IMG/VR virus record: IMGVR_UViG_3300028840_003032
Span: 1-53,500 of that record
Strand: one strand, 5' to 3'
DNA length: 53,500 nucleotides
Source of the DNA: a virus
Lineage: Duplodnaviria > Caudoviricetes
Shown here: positions 37,601 through 46,918 of the stretch, one piece after another
Layout: every line of letters begins with the position of its first letter
Position numbering within the stretch: the first letter of the stretch is position 1
The notes under the pieces: generated by a model
Seen by the model: the letters and a program-made list of their open reading frames with translations, nothing else
Databases searched by the model: none
Told to the model about the DNA's origin: nothing
Made by a program: the position numbers and the translations under genes

Positions 37601-38482
37601 GCGTCGAAAGAAGAACCGGACTATGCGAAGGAGGAACGGCAACTGATCGCCTCGCAAGTGAACCCACTCGCCTTCGGTCGTCATCCCATCGACGCCTATG
37701 GGGACTTCATCGAGAAGAACATACACGTCCCAATCGAGTCGATGGGTGAAGACGATTTCTTCAAGAGGAACGATGGGAAGGCGGTATACATCGCGGGCGT
37801 AATCGTCGAAGTCAAGTACAACCAAATAGGCGACTTCCATACCGGAGAACTACCGCCCGAAAGGGAGCGTGAGAAAATCTTTTGGGGCGCCCGATACGCG
37901 AACGTGAACGTGGAGGACGCAAGCGGCGTTCAGAACCGGATCAAGTTCGGCATCGACGTTTTCGATGAGATGCGCCCGTTGATCGATGCGGGCATCGGGA
38001 CTCCCGTTATAGTCCACGCCATCGCAAACGGTAAGTTCGAAAATTTGAAAGCAGACTTCGCGGTGGACCTCGAAACGTACCGGAAGAAAGTTGAAGCGGG
38101 CGATGAGCTATCCCTATGGGAGAACCTAGTAGCAGGGCGGCATCCCGCTTTAACGCGGAAGTGGAAGAAAGAAGCGACGAAGAAGAAGAGGACGGAGCAT
38201 CCGTGGGTAGATGATCGGTCGTCTCCAGGAGACGTTTTCTGCGGCGTCGTAACCCACGTTCAAAAGAAGATAGACCGGGCAGACCGTGAGATGGCCTTTT
38301 TCGGATTGATGGGGGCGGACCGCCACATCGAGGTCATCTGCTTCGGTTCGCATTGGGAGGAGGCGCGCAAGCATTTCGTTCCCGGCAAGCTAGTAGTCGC
38401 AGCGATTGAAAAGCAACGCGACTCTCGCAGGAAGGGATGGGCGTTCTTTTACAACGGTGGAGGAGTCCGTCAACTGAATTAA
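34646..38482 (+). CDS. dnaE: DNA polymerase III alpha subunit (family C)
   Basis: PHP 'HLHVHS', 'GPGRGSVSGSLV', 'FERFINPDRVDMPDVDMDF', 'HAAGVV', 'KLDVLGL', 'YGFNKSHA' and a C-terminal OB region. Confidence 0.97.
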   Translation: MKKSKKKKKKRKEDFVHLHVHSDMSQLDGCGKIADYVETAAKRGAPAVAFTEHGTMRGYHAAHTACEEHDIKAIHGVEFYVANDMKRKGLTAEEKEEITKGLKTAEKKVAIREYEQRHGIRDRWHLTVWAKDNVGLKNLFKLTSASYMDGFYYKPRIDIPTLLEYGDGLIVATGCQSSSVYDRAINGKRKQAFAEAERLRERFGEDLWLEIQPHAMEDQVVANKFAMELKERWGHHARLLATQDAHYVEPTDAVHQEVLLCIGTNDVMSNPDHFKFDLDEFYFKTRKQMRETFLEHHSYMGKKAIKEALDGTMLLSEMVGAKVNIDYHAALLPDVEIPPEHRNEWRYLKALCFEGWLWRDLNERIAKVAQRRGENVERTRREYKDRLMYELNALKRQKFIRYFLMVHDIYRFARENRIMCGPGRGSVSGSLVSFLLGLTSVDPIEHGLIFERFINPDRVDMPDVDMDFEDGRRQEIIQYLRDKYGESRVAQIATVTKLTGKQCLKDVSRVLEVPYADVNEVTNSIIERSSGDERASQTIEDSFKDFKVCREFNKKYPDVLKHAKRLEGLAKNLGIHAAGVVVAPSDVEEYVPLEVRKKDGKDIVVTALDMHGVSAMGLVKLDVLGLRTLTVLRNCLDAVEERHGLDIDLESDVELNDKDVLDLFTDHEYVGIFQYDTPGADKICSGVNFESFEDVAAMTALNRPGTARSGLAGRYVERKKDPSKVGEDAFHPKVTELTSDTLGIIVYQEHVIKIFTEIAGFAPGTADSLRKSIAKKYGDETIGKERTNFIKGAMEKTGMSEKEAAKIMDAITFFGSYGFNKSHATAYGIIAYWGMWLKKYYPIEFYWSMLKNEPNRIRIQQVAKDAKKHGIQLLPPDVSVSRSDFAIDPNPKLKAIRGSLVDIKGVGKKAAETIMANQPYTSFTDFVKRVDRRKCHKGVVLALAKSGALDSFVPNVRWLVENIETFWGDVGKGEAAEKQIRKLLRASKEEPDYAKEERQLIASQVNPLAFGRHPIDAYGDFIEKNIHVPIESMGEDDFFKRNDGKAVYIAGVIVEVKYNQIGDFHTGELPPEREREKIFWGARYANVNVEDASGVQNRIKFGIDVFDEMRPLIDAGIGTPVIVHAIANGKFENLKADFAVDLETYRKKVEAGDELSLWENLVAGRHPALTRKWKKEATKKKRTEHPWVDDRSSPGDVFCGVVTHVQKKIDRADREMAFFGLMGADRHIEVICFGSHWEEARKHFVPGKLVVAAIEKQRDSRRKGWAFFYNGGGVRQLN

Positions 38483-38547
38483 TCAGCGGCGGGCGTTCAA
38501 CTTCGGTAGTAGCTATCAGAGTCGATGTGACGAAGAATTTGAGAGAT

Positions 38548-38847
38548 ATGGCCGCTGAGCTAGGCTTGAAGAATTTGAAAGGCACCCACGGTGGTAAAAT
38601 CGACGGCGTCAAGTTGTTGGAAGAGTTCTTCGGCCATATCCTCAAGACGGTAAAGAACGGAGAAGCCGTGCGGATCAAAAACTTCGGGACGTTCTCAGCG
38701 AAGGTTTACAAGGGCCGCACTATCAATTCGCCGGTCATCCCAGAAGGTAAGAGGGAGTTCAGCGACAATTTGGTTCTTCGTTTCCATCAATCATCGGGAG
38801 CAAAGCAACGGCTCAACGCCGAAGCAGACGAAGGAGAGAAGCAATGA
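38548..38847 (+). CDS. HU/IHF-like DNA-binding protein
   Basis: 'GEAVRIKNFGTFS' and 'LRFHQS'. Confidence 0.8.
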   Translation: MAAELGLKNLKGTHGGKIDGVKLLEEFFGHILKTVKNGEAVRIKNFGTFSAKVYKGRTINSPVIPEGKREFSDNLVLRFHQSSGAKQRLNAEADEGEKQ

Positions 38848-39386
38848 GCGACGAAACCCCGAAGAGGAAAAGAGGCGGCGCGCATCCCCCGCACCCCAAG
38901 TGTCCCGAGTGCGGCAAGGCGATGTACAAGGCGATGTACGGTCGTGCGGTGAAGAAAGGGGACGCGTGGGCGTTCTGCCGCAACCCCAACTGCTCGCTCC
39001 ACGGCAAGGATCAATCCGGCACGGCGCCCGAAGACTACCACGCATCGGGCGAAAAGGCGTGGCGCAAGTCGAGAGCCGACATCAAGAAGAAGCGCGAAGA
39101 GGCGGCCAAGGCGAAGGGCAAGAAGAAGTCGAAGCAGAAGGCGCCCGCCAAGAAGAAGACCGTCAAGAAAGCGGCGCCCGCCAAGAAGAAGACCGTCAAG
39201 AAGAAGACGGCCAACGGGAAGAAGAAACCCGCCGCAAAGCCCGAAGAGAAAAGCCAGCTGGCGCTCATCGCGGATGATCTCATGGAGGGGAAACTCTCCA
39301 TCAAGAAAATCGCCGCCAAGCACCACTGCGGCGCCAAGAAAGTTCGCGCCGTTCGGAACAAGCTTCAGGATAGGGGCGACCTGTGA
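38844..39386 (+). CDS. Zn-ribbon protein with an H1-like Lys/Ala-rich region and a C-terminal HTH
   Basis: CPEC...CRNPNC, APAKKKTVKK repeats and 'SIKKIAAKHHCGAKKV'. Confidence 0.7.
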   Translation: MSDETPKRKRGGAHPPHPKCPECGKAMYKAMYGRAVKKGDAWAFCRNPNCSLHGKDQSGTAPEDYHASGEKAWRKSRADIKKKREEAAKAKGKKKSKQKAPAKKKTVKKAAPAKKKTVKKKTANGKKKPAAKPEEKSQLALIADDLMEGKLSIKKIAAKHHCGAKKVRAVRNKLQDRGDL

Positions 39387-39916
39387 AACCGACCGTCATA
39401 AAGGTTTGCGGCGAAGAGATAACCGTGAACCGCGATAAGCTCATGCTCATCAAGGACGTGAGCCGGGATATGGACCGCATCGCCTCGCTCATGTCGTACT
39501 GGGGCGAAGTCTGGGCGGCAGCGGAGTCGGAGCGCATCGAGGTCGATGCGTACTATCGCCAGTGGAGAGCGGGCAAGGGAATGGAGATTGCCGAGGCGGA
39601 ACCGAAGCTTGCCGAGTGGAAGGTGAAGCAGCGCATCGAGGAAAGCGAGATGTTCTACAAGCTCAAGCAGGGCATCGCAGCGGCGACTCGAAACGCGACC
39701 ATCGCCAAGACCACTTACGAGTCGCTCAAGACGAAAGCGAGCATGCTCCAGTCGAAAGGCGCGATGATGCGAGCGGAGATGGACTCCACCGGTATGCATA
39801 CACCGGAGAAACCATCGCGCAAGCGGTCGGAAAAGGAAGCGGACCGGGAAGAGAAAGCCGCGCAGATGCGCGAGTTGAACCGGAAGAAGAAAAAGAAGAA
39901 GAAGCGAAAGGCATGA
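39383..39916 (+). CDS. UvsY-like recombination mediator (helical)
   Basis: Helical protein just upstream of SSB and RecA; ends 'LKTKASMLQS'. The assignment is mainly from synteny. Confidence 0.45.
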   Translation: MKPTVIKVCGEEITVNRDKLMLIKDVSRDMDRIASLMSYWGEVWAAAESERIEVDAYYRQWRAGKGMEIAEAEPKLAEWKVKQRIEESEMFYKLKQGIAAATRNATIAKTTYESLKTKASMLQSKGAMMRAEMDSTGMHTPEKPSRKRSEKEADREEKAAQMRELNRKKKKKKKRKA

Positions 39917-39948
39917 GCCTTTACCAACGATAGAAAAGGAGAAGTATC

Positions 39949-41133
39949 ATGGGCGTGAATATGAAGAAGATGAGACGCGGATATGAGTCCCAGCAACGCG
40001 GCGGGGACTTCTGGAACGTGCCCGAGGGAGACAGCCTCGTGTACGTCCATCCGCCGTGTCGAGAGGAAGATGAGTATGAGCCCACCGAAGGGCTCAACTA
40101 CATCCCTGTCGCGGTTCATTACGCCGTTGGGAAGAATAACGCGATGTGCGTTTGCCTCGACAGCGACAATAACCCGATCATCAAGCACCCGTTCATCAAG
40201 GCGCTACTCAAGAAGCGCGGGATCAAGTTGGACGGCAATTGCCCCGTCTGCGAGGCTATCCAAGCCGGGAAGATGGACGCGGACGATGGCGACCGGAGCA
40301 GGGTCCAGACTCGCTATCTCTGGGGCCTCACGCTCCTCAAGCATCGCGGAAAGTCCTCGCAACCGTGGAACAAGGTCGCCGCGAAACCGGCCGTGGCCTT
40401 CGTCGGCAAGACCGTCTATGACGGCCTGATGGAGATGTTCTTCGACAACGGCGATATCACGGAGATGGGCGCCGCAATCCTCGCCAAGATCAACCGCGTC
40501 GGGACCGGCCCCACGGATACGAAGTACAAGGTGGCGGCCGACACCGAGTCGCTCAAGAAGCCGAAGAAGCTCGCAAAGCGATTGCGCGACATGGTCCTCA
40601 AGGCGCTCAAGGAAGGCGGCGACTGCGACCTGTTCCGAATCGTCTCCCAGCTCATCAAGAGTCCCGAAGAGGTCGAAGCGGCGATGGCGGGCGTGAAGGT
40701 GGAACTCGATGAAGACGACGATGACGAAGACGACATCGAGGATGAGGAGGACACCACCGAGGATGACGGCGCCGAAGAGGATGAGGAAGAGGACGCCGAA
40801 GACGACGATGACGAGGACGATGAGGAGGACGACGAAGACGACGATGACGAGGACGATGAGGAGGACGACGAAGACGACGATGAGGAGGACGACGAAGACG
40901 ACGATGAGGATGAGGAGGACGATGAGGACGGCGACGATGGCGAAGAGGATGAGGAGGACGCCGAAGAGGACGATGGGGATGACGACGAAGAGGACGATGA
41001 CGAGCTGGAGCTGGACGAGCTAGACAAGGAGCTGGATCGCATCCACAAGGGCAAGAAGAAGACGCCCGCCAAGGAGAAGAAGAAGAAGCCGGCCAAGAAG
41101 TCTCCCGCCAAGAAGAAGTCCAAGAAGAAGTAG
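39949..41133 (+). CDS. gp32-like single-stranded DNA-binding protein with a very long acidic tail
   Basis: 'HY...C...CPVCE' and 'INRVGTGPTDTKY', then over 100 mostly D/E residues and a Lys-rich end. Lies upstream of RecA. Confidence 0.75.
   Translation: MGVNMKKMRRGYESQQRGGDFWNVPEGDSLVYVHPPCREEDEYEPTEGLNYIPVAVHYAVGKNNAMCVCLDSDNNPIIKHPFIKALLKKRGIKLDGNCPVCEAIQAGKMDADDGDRSRVQTRYLWGLTLLKHRGKSSQPWNKVAAKPAVAFVGKTVYDGLMEMFFDNGDITEMGAAILAKINRVGTGPTDTKYKVAADTESLKKPKKLAKRLRDMVLKALKEGGDCDLFRIVSQLIKSPEEVEAAMAGVKVELDEDDDDEDDIEDEEDTTEDDGAEEDEEEDAEDDDDEDDEEDDEDDDDEDDEEDDEDDDEEDDEDDDEDEEDDEDGDDGEEDEEDAEEDDGDDDEEDDDELELDELDKELDRIHKGKKKTPAKEKKKKPAKKSPAKKKSKKK
40798..40869 (+). repeat. 36-bp tandem duplication (EDDDDEDDEEDD x2) in the SSB tail
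   Basis: gaagacgacgatgacgaggacgatgaggaggacgac at 40798 and 40834. Confidence 0.85.
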
Positions 41134-41142
41134 AGCACGCCG

Positions 41143-42204
41143 GTGGCTACCTCCAAGAAGAAGAAGTCCAAGAAGAAGTCGAAGAAAGAATCCAAGAAAC
41201 CGGCCGGTGATGTGCTGGCCGGAATCTTGGAGGAAATCGGAGGCGAGGACGGTGCGCAACTGCTCGGTTCGGAAGGGTTCGCGATCAAGATCAGAGGCGT
41301 TATCTCCACGCAATGTCCGAGCATCGACTGGGCGACGGGCAGAGGCGGAATCCCGTTGGGGCGTCTCACTATCCTCCACGGCAAAGAGGGAAGCGGCAAG
41401 ACGACTCTTGCGCTTCATATCGTAGCCGAATGTCAGCGGCAAGGCGGCGCCGTGGTCTACATGGACAAGGAATACAAACTTGATCCGGATTATGCCCGCG
41501 ACATCGGCGTTGATACGAAGCGCCTCATCATCGTCCAACCTCCTCATCTTGAGAGAGTTTTCGAAACGACGCGGCGCATCATCGAAAGGATCAAAGCGAA
41601 TCGAGAAGAGACGGGCAAGCGCACGCCGGTCCTTGTGGTGCTCGACTCGATGAACGCCGCTATCACCAAGGCGCAATACGAAGGAGAAGAGGAAGCGCAA
41701 CACGTTGCTCCCGAGGCACGCGTGTATAGTCGTCTACTCCCCAAGCTAATCCCGTTGGTGAATGAGGAGGACGTTGCGCTGCTTTGGGTTAGCCAGGTGC
41801 GCAATAAAATCGGCGTGAAGTTCGGTGACCCAGACGACGTTTGCGGCGGCAACGCTCCCAAGTTCTACGCTTCGATGATCCTCCACGTTACCAACTTCGG
41901 TTCGGAGAAAGTGGACGGTGAAAGAGTAGCGAACAAGCTCTGGGTCGAACCGAAGAAGAATCAGATTGCCCCGCCGTTCAAAAAGGCGGAAGTGCGCGTT
42001 GTATACGGGGAAGGATTCGACAAGGAGAAGTCCTTGCTTTGGATAGCGGAGAAGCTTGGCACGGTGAAGAGGAAGGGAGCGTTTTACAAACACGGAGGGA
42101 AAACGTTGGGGCAAGGATTGAACGCAGCGGCCGATACGCTTGTGGTTGATGAAGAATGGTACGGGCGAATCCTGAAAGAAGCGAGGGAGGAAGGCGGATG
42201 GTGA
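41143..42204 (+). CDS. recA: RecA recombinase
   Basis: 'GGIPLGR...GKEGSGKTTLAL', 'VVLDS', 'QVRNKIGVKFG', 'GGNAPKFYAS' and 'KNQIAPPFK'. Confidence 0.95.
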   Translation: MATSKKKKSKKKSKKESKKPAGDVLAGILEEIGGEDGAQLLGSEGFAIKIRGVISTQCPSIDWATGRGGIPLGRLTILHGKEGSGKTTLALHIVAECQRQGGAVVYMDKEYKLDPDYARDIGVDTKRLIIVQPPHLERVFETTRRIIERIKANREETGKRTPVLVVLDSMNAAITKAQYEGEEEAQHVAPEARVYSRLLPKLIPLVNEEDVALLWVSQVRNKIGVKFGDPDDVCGGNAPKFYASMILHVTNFGSEKVDGERVANKLWVEPKKNQIAPPFKKAEVRVVYGEGFDKEKSLLWIAEKLGTVKRKGAFYKHGGKTLGQGLNAAADTLVVDEEWYGRILKEAREEGGW

Positions 42205-42515
42205 GTCTTCGAAATTGGTTCGACATTCCCGACGAATTGAAGGACACGATTTGGCGAACGTTGGGCGATGAGGTCTTCGGGGAAGAAGAGGAACCGATCA
42301 ACGAGTTGTGTCGAGCAATCGTGCTAAAGTGGAAAGCGAAAGCGGAAGAGGACGATGACCCGCCCAAGGCGTTCAAGGCGCTACATAAAGCAAATCGGCG
42401 GAACGCCATTGCCTCAATCATCGCCGCGTTGGAACTTCTCCGGAAGGTGGGCGACGGGAAACCGCTATTGAGCGACGAAGACCGCATCGCCGTCGCGCAA
42501 CTGGAACGCTTCTGA
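42198..42515 (+). CDS. Hypothetical protein
   Basis: Fills the gap between recA and the SbcD-like gene with coupled ends. Confidence 0.6.
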   Translation: MVSLRNWFDIPDELKDTIWRTLGDEVFGEEEEPINELCRAIVLKWKAKAEEDDDPPKAFKALHKANRRNAIASIIAALELLRKVGDGKPLLSDEDRIAVAQLERF

Positions 42516-43645
42516 TGTTACGCTCCTTCAAGATACTAGCCGTGGCGGACGTTCATATGAGTAACAAACTCCCATACGCGAAACCGACCGCCAACGGCCT
42601 CACCGACCGCCTTGAGGATCAGATGGCTCTGTGGGAGCAAATCCGAAAGGTAGCGAAGGAAGAAGAGGTGATGGCCGTCTTCGTGCTAGGGGATTTGTTC
42701 GATAAGAGCTTGGTGGACGCCGTGACTCTTACCGCGACGGTTCAGGCCATCGTCGGGTTAGGCGTTGACGTCTACATCTTACCGGGGAACCACGACGCGA
42801 ATAGCATACGCGGCGGACGCTTCACCGTGGAGGCTTTCGGTGCGATGAACCGGCCGGGCATCCACGTGATCGGGGAGAATCCCGGCCAGCACGTTGAAAT
42901 CGAAATCAAGAAAGGCAATTGGAACCTTTGGCCGGTAGCGTTCAAGCCGGTCGAAGAGATGCGCGAAGAGATTAAAGCGATTCAAAAGAAGTTGGACGCT
43001 CGCAAGTATCACGCGTTGCTCCTTCACGGAAGCGTACTGGACTCAAAGCATCTCGGATGGATATGCGACGACGGATTGGACCCGAAAGAGATTTGCGACG
43101 GGTTCGAAGCGGTACTGGCCGGCCACTTCCACGACCCGCAAACATTCGGTCTCAACGGTCGCTACCTTGGGGCGCCGATGCATCATAACTTCGGAGACGC
43201 CGGAAGGGAAGCCGGATTCTGGATAGTCGATTTCCAAGAGGGAGGGATGTTGAGCTACGATTTCCATCCCAGCAACGCGCCTCGCTTCCATGTTTGCTCC
43301 TCGCTCAAGGAGCACCACGACGCCGTGAGCGGAGACTACCTGCGCTTTCAGTTAGAGGCGACTCACGCCCGATGGGCGAAGATAAAACCGAAGGCGCAAG
43401 CGCATTGCGAGGCGTTGAAGGCGAAAGGGATCAAGGCGGACTTCAAACACAAGCCGGTCTATCACCACGAATCGAGGCTAGCAAAGTCGAGCATCGGGAA
43501 GAAAGAAACCGTGTCGATGGAAGAGGCGTTGGGAGAGTACATCGAGGCGTCCGGAGTCGTGACGACCGGACTGGACGAGAAGCGTTTGAAAGAGATGGGA
43601 ACGGAGATACTTGGAAGGGCAAGGGTCGAACGTGGAATTGCTTGA
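42515..43645 (+). CDS. SbcD/Mre11-like metallophosphoesterase nuclease
   Basis: ADVH, GDLFD, PGNHD and AGHFH motifs. Confidence 0.9.
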   Translation: MLRSFKILAVADVHMSNKLPYAKPTANGLTDRLEDQMALWEQIRKVAKEEEVMAVFVLGDLFDKSLVDAVTLTATVQAIVGLGVDVYILPGNHDANSIRGGRFTVEAFGAMNRPGIHVIGENPGQHVEIEIKKGNWNLWPVAFKPVEEMREEIKAIQKKLDARKYHALLLHGSVLDSKHLGWICDDGLDPKEICDGFEAVLAGHFHDPQTFGLNGRYLGAPMHHNFGDAGREAGFWIVDFQEGGMLSYDFHPSNAPRFHVCSSLKEHHDAVSGDYLRFQLEATHARWAKIKPKAQAHCEALKAKGIKADFKHKPVYHHESRLAKSSIGKKETVSMEEALGEYIEASGVVTTGLDEKRLKEMGTEILGRARVERGIA

Positions 43646-45587
43646 GCTAGTCGCAACGGACTTCTGTTGCTTCGAAGACCTCCGATTGCCGTTGTCGGGG
43701 ATGGGGTTGGTATGGGTGACCGGGGAGAATACCGATACCAAAGCGGCCGATAACAACGGCTCAGGGAAGTCTACTTTATTCAAAGCGCTCACGTGGGGAC
43801 TCTACGGCAAGACCATCGACGGCGAAAAGGGCGACAAGGTCATCCGCAACGGACGAAAAGCGGCGCGTGTAGAAGTCGTCTTGGGAGACGGGAAGAAGCG
43901 ATGGACCGTCGTGAGAGAGCGTCGCAAAGGTTCGCCCAAGCTTCAACTCCTCCAACCGACCGGGGAAGAGTTCGAAGCGAGCAAGGACGCGATACAAGAG
44001 CGCATCGTTGAGATGGTCGGATTAGACTTCCCAGCTTTCAAGAATACCGTTTTGTACGGCCAGAACGATTCGGCGCGGTTCGCTCATCCACGGACGAAGG
44101 ACGCGGAACGGAAGGAGATGCTACACCGAATCCTCCGAACCGGCATCCTCAAGGACTGCCACGCGCTGGCGCTCGAATACCGCCTCAAGCTCAAGAAGAA
44201 CATCGCGGAAATCGACGAAGCCATAAGAGGCGCAGAGATCAGGCTAGAAGAGCAAGACATCGAGGGACTACATAAGGACTTCGAACGGTTCGAAGAGCAG
44301 AGGACACGCGATGTAGACCGGCATAGGACAAAAGCTCGTGAGTACCGGGACCGGGCGCGCAGCGAGATGGACTCCATCGGGAAGGTCGCTGAGACTTCTG
44401 AGGAGGTCGAAGAGGCGCTCATCGAGGAAATCGAAGCGCTGAAGGAAGCGCTCAAGATAGCCGAAGAAGCGGCCAAGGAATCTCAAGCCGTGGAAGAGGA
44501 GATAGCGCCGCTCAAAGAAGAAGAGATCAAAGCGATGGAGGTCACGGCGCTCGATAAGGCGAGGCTGGGCGGTAGCAAATCGACTCTCGAAAGACTCGAT
44601 GGGGAAGAGAAATGCCCCACGTGTAACTCTCCTCTCGATGAAGGCGCAGCGCTTGAGTTCATCGAAGCGGTGAAGAAAGAAATCAAGAAGAGGAAGAAGC
44701 AAGAGCGCAAGTCGCAGAACGAATTGAACGCCGTCCGGGAGAAGATCAAAGCGGGAAGGGAACGCCAAGAGGAGTTCGACACCGTCGCTCGCAAGCATAT
44801 GCCGCTCATGGAAGAACTACACGAGGCGGAAGGGAAGCTTGAGCGATGGAGGTCGGATCAAGAGAAGCTAGCGACGTGGAAGGAGAACGCGAAAGAGCGA
44901 GCAGAGGATTACATCGCCCTTGCGCGACAAGAGTTGACGAAAGCGAAGGACGTCAAAGCGCAAACGAACCTCCACGCCGAACGGTTAGCAAGAGCGAAGA
45001 AGAAGCGGAAGAAGTTCAAGCAAGAGATAAAGAGCTTCAAAACTTTGAAGAAGGAACATTCCTCAACGCTCGCTCACGTTGAGTTCTGGGTTCGCGGTTT
45101 CTCGAATCAAGGCTTGCCGTCCTATATCCTCGATGCGGTGATGCCCTACGTCGCTGAGAGGGCAAACCACTACCTCGAAACGTTAGCGGACGGCGACATC
45201 ACGATGAACTTCTCGACGCAACGCAAGATGAAGAGTTCGAAGGAGATGCGCGATGAGATAGACATCTCGTGGGAGATTGAAGGCTTGGAGGATTCGTACC
45301 CGCCCAGCGGCGGTCAGTTGAAGAAAATGGAGATTGCTACCGACCTCGCCTTGATGGACCTGGTAGCCACGAGGGAAGGCGAGACCATCGACATACTCGC
45401 GTTGGATGAAATCCTCGATGGGCTCGATAGCGAGGGACGCCAGCGCGTGTTAACGCTCTTGATGGAGATGAGAAAGCGGCGCGGGTCGGTCTTCGTTATT
45501 AGCCATGAGACGGAGATGTCGGAGGTATTCGAGAAAGCTATCATCGTGAAGAAGCGCGATGGGGTTTCGTCTTTGTCGATGAAGTAG
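43632..45587 (+). CDS. SbcC/Rad50-like ATPase
   Basis: NGSGKST, coiled coil with a CPTC zinc hook, SGGQ signature, LDEILDGLD and ISH. Confidence 0.92.
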   Translation: MELLELVATDFCCFEDLRLPLSGMGLVWVTGENTDTKAADNNGSGKSTLFKALTWGLYGKTIDGEKGDKVIRNGRKAARVEVVLGDGKKRWTVVRERRKGSPKLQLLQPTGEEFEASKDAIQERIVEMVGLDFPAFKNTVLYGQNDSARFAHPRTKDAERKEMLHRILRTGILKDCHALALEYRLKLKKNIAEIDEAIRGAEIRLEEQDIEGLHKDFERFEEQRTRDVDRHRTKAREYRDRARSEMDSIGKVAETSEEVEEALIEEIEALKEALKIAEEAAKESQAVEEEIAPLKEEEIKAMEVTALDKARLGGSKSTLERLDGEEKCPTCNSPLDEGAALEFIEAVKKEIKKRKKQERKSQNELNAVREKIKAGRERQEEFDTVARKHMPLMEELHEAEGKLERWRSDQEKLATWKENAKERAEDYIALARQELTKAKDVKAQTNLHAERLARAKKKRKKFKQEIKSFKTLKKEHSSTLAHVEFWVRGFSNQGLPSYILDAVMPYVAERANHYLETLADGDITMNFSTQRKMKSSKEMRDEIDISWEIEGLEDSYPPSGGQLKKMEIATDLALMDLVATREGETIDILALDEILDGLDSEGRQRVLTLLMEMRKRRGSVFVISHETEMSEVFEKAIIVKKRDGVSSLSMK

Positions 45588-45596
45588 GAGGGAGTG

Positions 45597-46103
45597 ATGG
45601 AAGAAAAAATCTATCACTACAAGATAGGCGACAAGATAGTTGCGTTTGATTGTCCGCCTTGGCGCAAGCTCCTGATGAGTCCGAAGTTGATGGAAAGACT
45701 CCCGTCAAAGAAGTCCACGACGCACACGATGTTCTATTCCAAGGCGGAAGGAATCGTGAGATGCTTCAACGCCACTAGGGACGACAGCCATTCCCTTTCT
45801 CGCGTGGCGTTCTCTTTTGATATACCGTTGGAGAGACTTTCGATCATCAAGCAACTCATCAAGAAGAATTGGCCGGTGCCGTCTGATCCGTTCGCCAAAA
45901 CGTCCAAGATACCGAAGGAATGTAAATTCAATCGACACGACATCGCGCCGTTGATAATCGCGGAATTCGGTTTGGGAGTAGACAAGTACAAATTCTTCCA
46001 AGAGAGTATCGACTACAATCAACCCTACTACGATTGGCCGATGCAAATATTTCAAGTGATAGGTTTCCTACGATTCGGTCGCAAGACGTGGAGACTACAT
46101 TGA
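45597..46103 (+). CDS. Hypothetical protein
   Basis: Strong SD (TAGGAGGGAG). Fills the gap and looks more AT-rich than its flanks. Confidence 0.65.
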   Translation: MEEKIYHYKIGDKIVAFDCPPWRKLLMSPKLMERLPSKKSTTHTMFYSKAEGIVRCFNATRDDSHSLSRVAFSFDIPLERLSIIKQLIKKNWPVPSDPFAKTSKIPKECKFNRHDIAPLIIAEFGLGVDKYKFFQESIDYNQPYYDWPMQIFQVIGFLRFGRKTWRLH

Positions 46104-46918
46104 CGACTAAAGTACAGGGGTGGGACCTGGGTCTCAATCATCTCGCCTTTGTCGAACTACTCGATGGAGAGCTTTCCAATTTTTGGTACCTCACAACGGC
46201 GGTCGGCTCAGCGGGTCGTTCGAAGGAACACGGCTTCAGGATCAAGCTCCCCAAGACGAAGGAGAAGCAAGTGTTGGCGTTAGCTCGCCTTGCGGTGCTA
46301 GAGAACTTCATCGACAAGACGGTGCTTCGACCGAATATGCCCGACTACGTGGGCATTGAAGACTACGCCATACGCGCCGAGCAAGGCGCTCATTACATGG
46401 GAGAGATAGGCGGCATCGCTCGAATCCTTTGTTGGTTCCGAGGCGTGAGGCTACGTCTCCATGATCCTATCTCCGTGAAGATGTTCGCCGCCCACGACGG
46501 GACGTGCCAAAAGGATAGCATCGAACGCGCCGTGAAGAAGCGTTGGGATAAGGACTTCTCCCAGTACAACCAACCGTTGGCGAAACCGACGAAGAGAAAC
46601 CCGGACCCCAAGCAGAGCCGAACCACGAGCGAAGACCTTGCGGATGCGTACGCGATAGCCCAATTGGTATGGACCGAAGTACAATTGAGAGACGGGCGCC
46701 TTGCGTTAAGCGACCTCCACGAAAAGGAAGTGCGCGTCTTCAATCGCATTACAAAAACGTACCCGGTGAACCTCCTAGATAGGAGTTGGATAGTTAATCC
46801 GGAAGGGACGGCCACGCCTCACGGGAAGCCGGTGTGCCCGCATTGCGGTTCAACTCGCTGTTGCGGGAACGTTAGAGAGGCTTGCGAAGAGAAAAGCGCG
46901 ATCAAGGTAATCAAATGA
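46100..46918 (+). CDS. RuvC-like Holliday junction resolvase
   Basis: 'GWDLGLNH', 'VGIEDYA', 'EIGGIAR', 'PISVKMFA' and 'DLADAYAIA'. Confidence 0.8.
   Translation: MTTKVQGWDLGLNHLAFVELLDGELSNFWYLTTAVGSAGRSKEHGFRIKLPKTKEKQVLALARLAVLENFIDKTVLRPNMPDYVGIEDYAIRAEQGAHYMGEIGGIARILCWFRGVRLRLHDPISVKMFAAHDGTCQKDSIERAVKKRWDKDFSQYNQPLAKPTKRNPDPKQSRTTSEDLADAYAIAQLVWTEVQLRDGRLALSDLHEKEVRVFNRITKTYPVNLLDRSWIVNPEGTATPHGKPVCPHCGSTRCCGNVREACEEKSAIKVIK

Noticed and set aside
34646-38482. Intein or intron in DnaE (also checked RecA and DnaB)
   Set aside because: Lengths are near normal and no C/S...HN splice motifs or LAGLIDADG blocks were seen.
40700-41030. Repeat array resembling CRISPR or a VNTR
   Set aside because: Low-complexity GAY/GAR codons of the SSB acidic tail, with no repeat-spacer structure and no cas genes.
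40416-41399. Long Ser-rich minus-strand ORF (also 24764..25315, 25074..26372, 11044..11946)
   Set aside because: These are antisense shadows of Asp/Glu-rich or biased-codon plus-strand genes, with no RBS or motifs.
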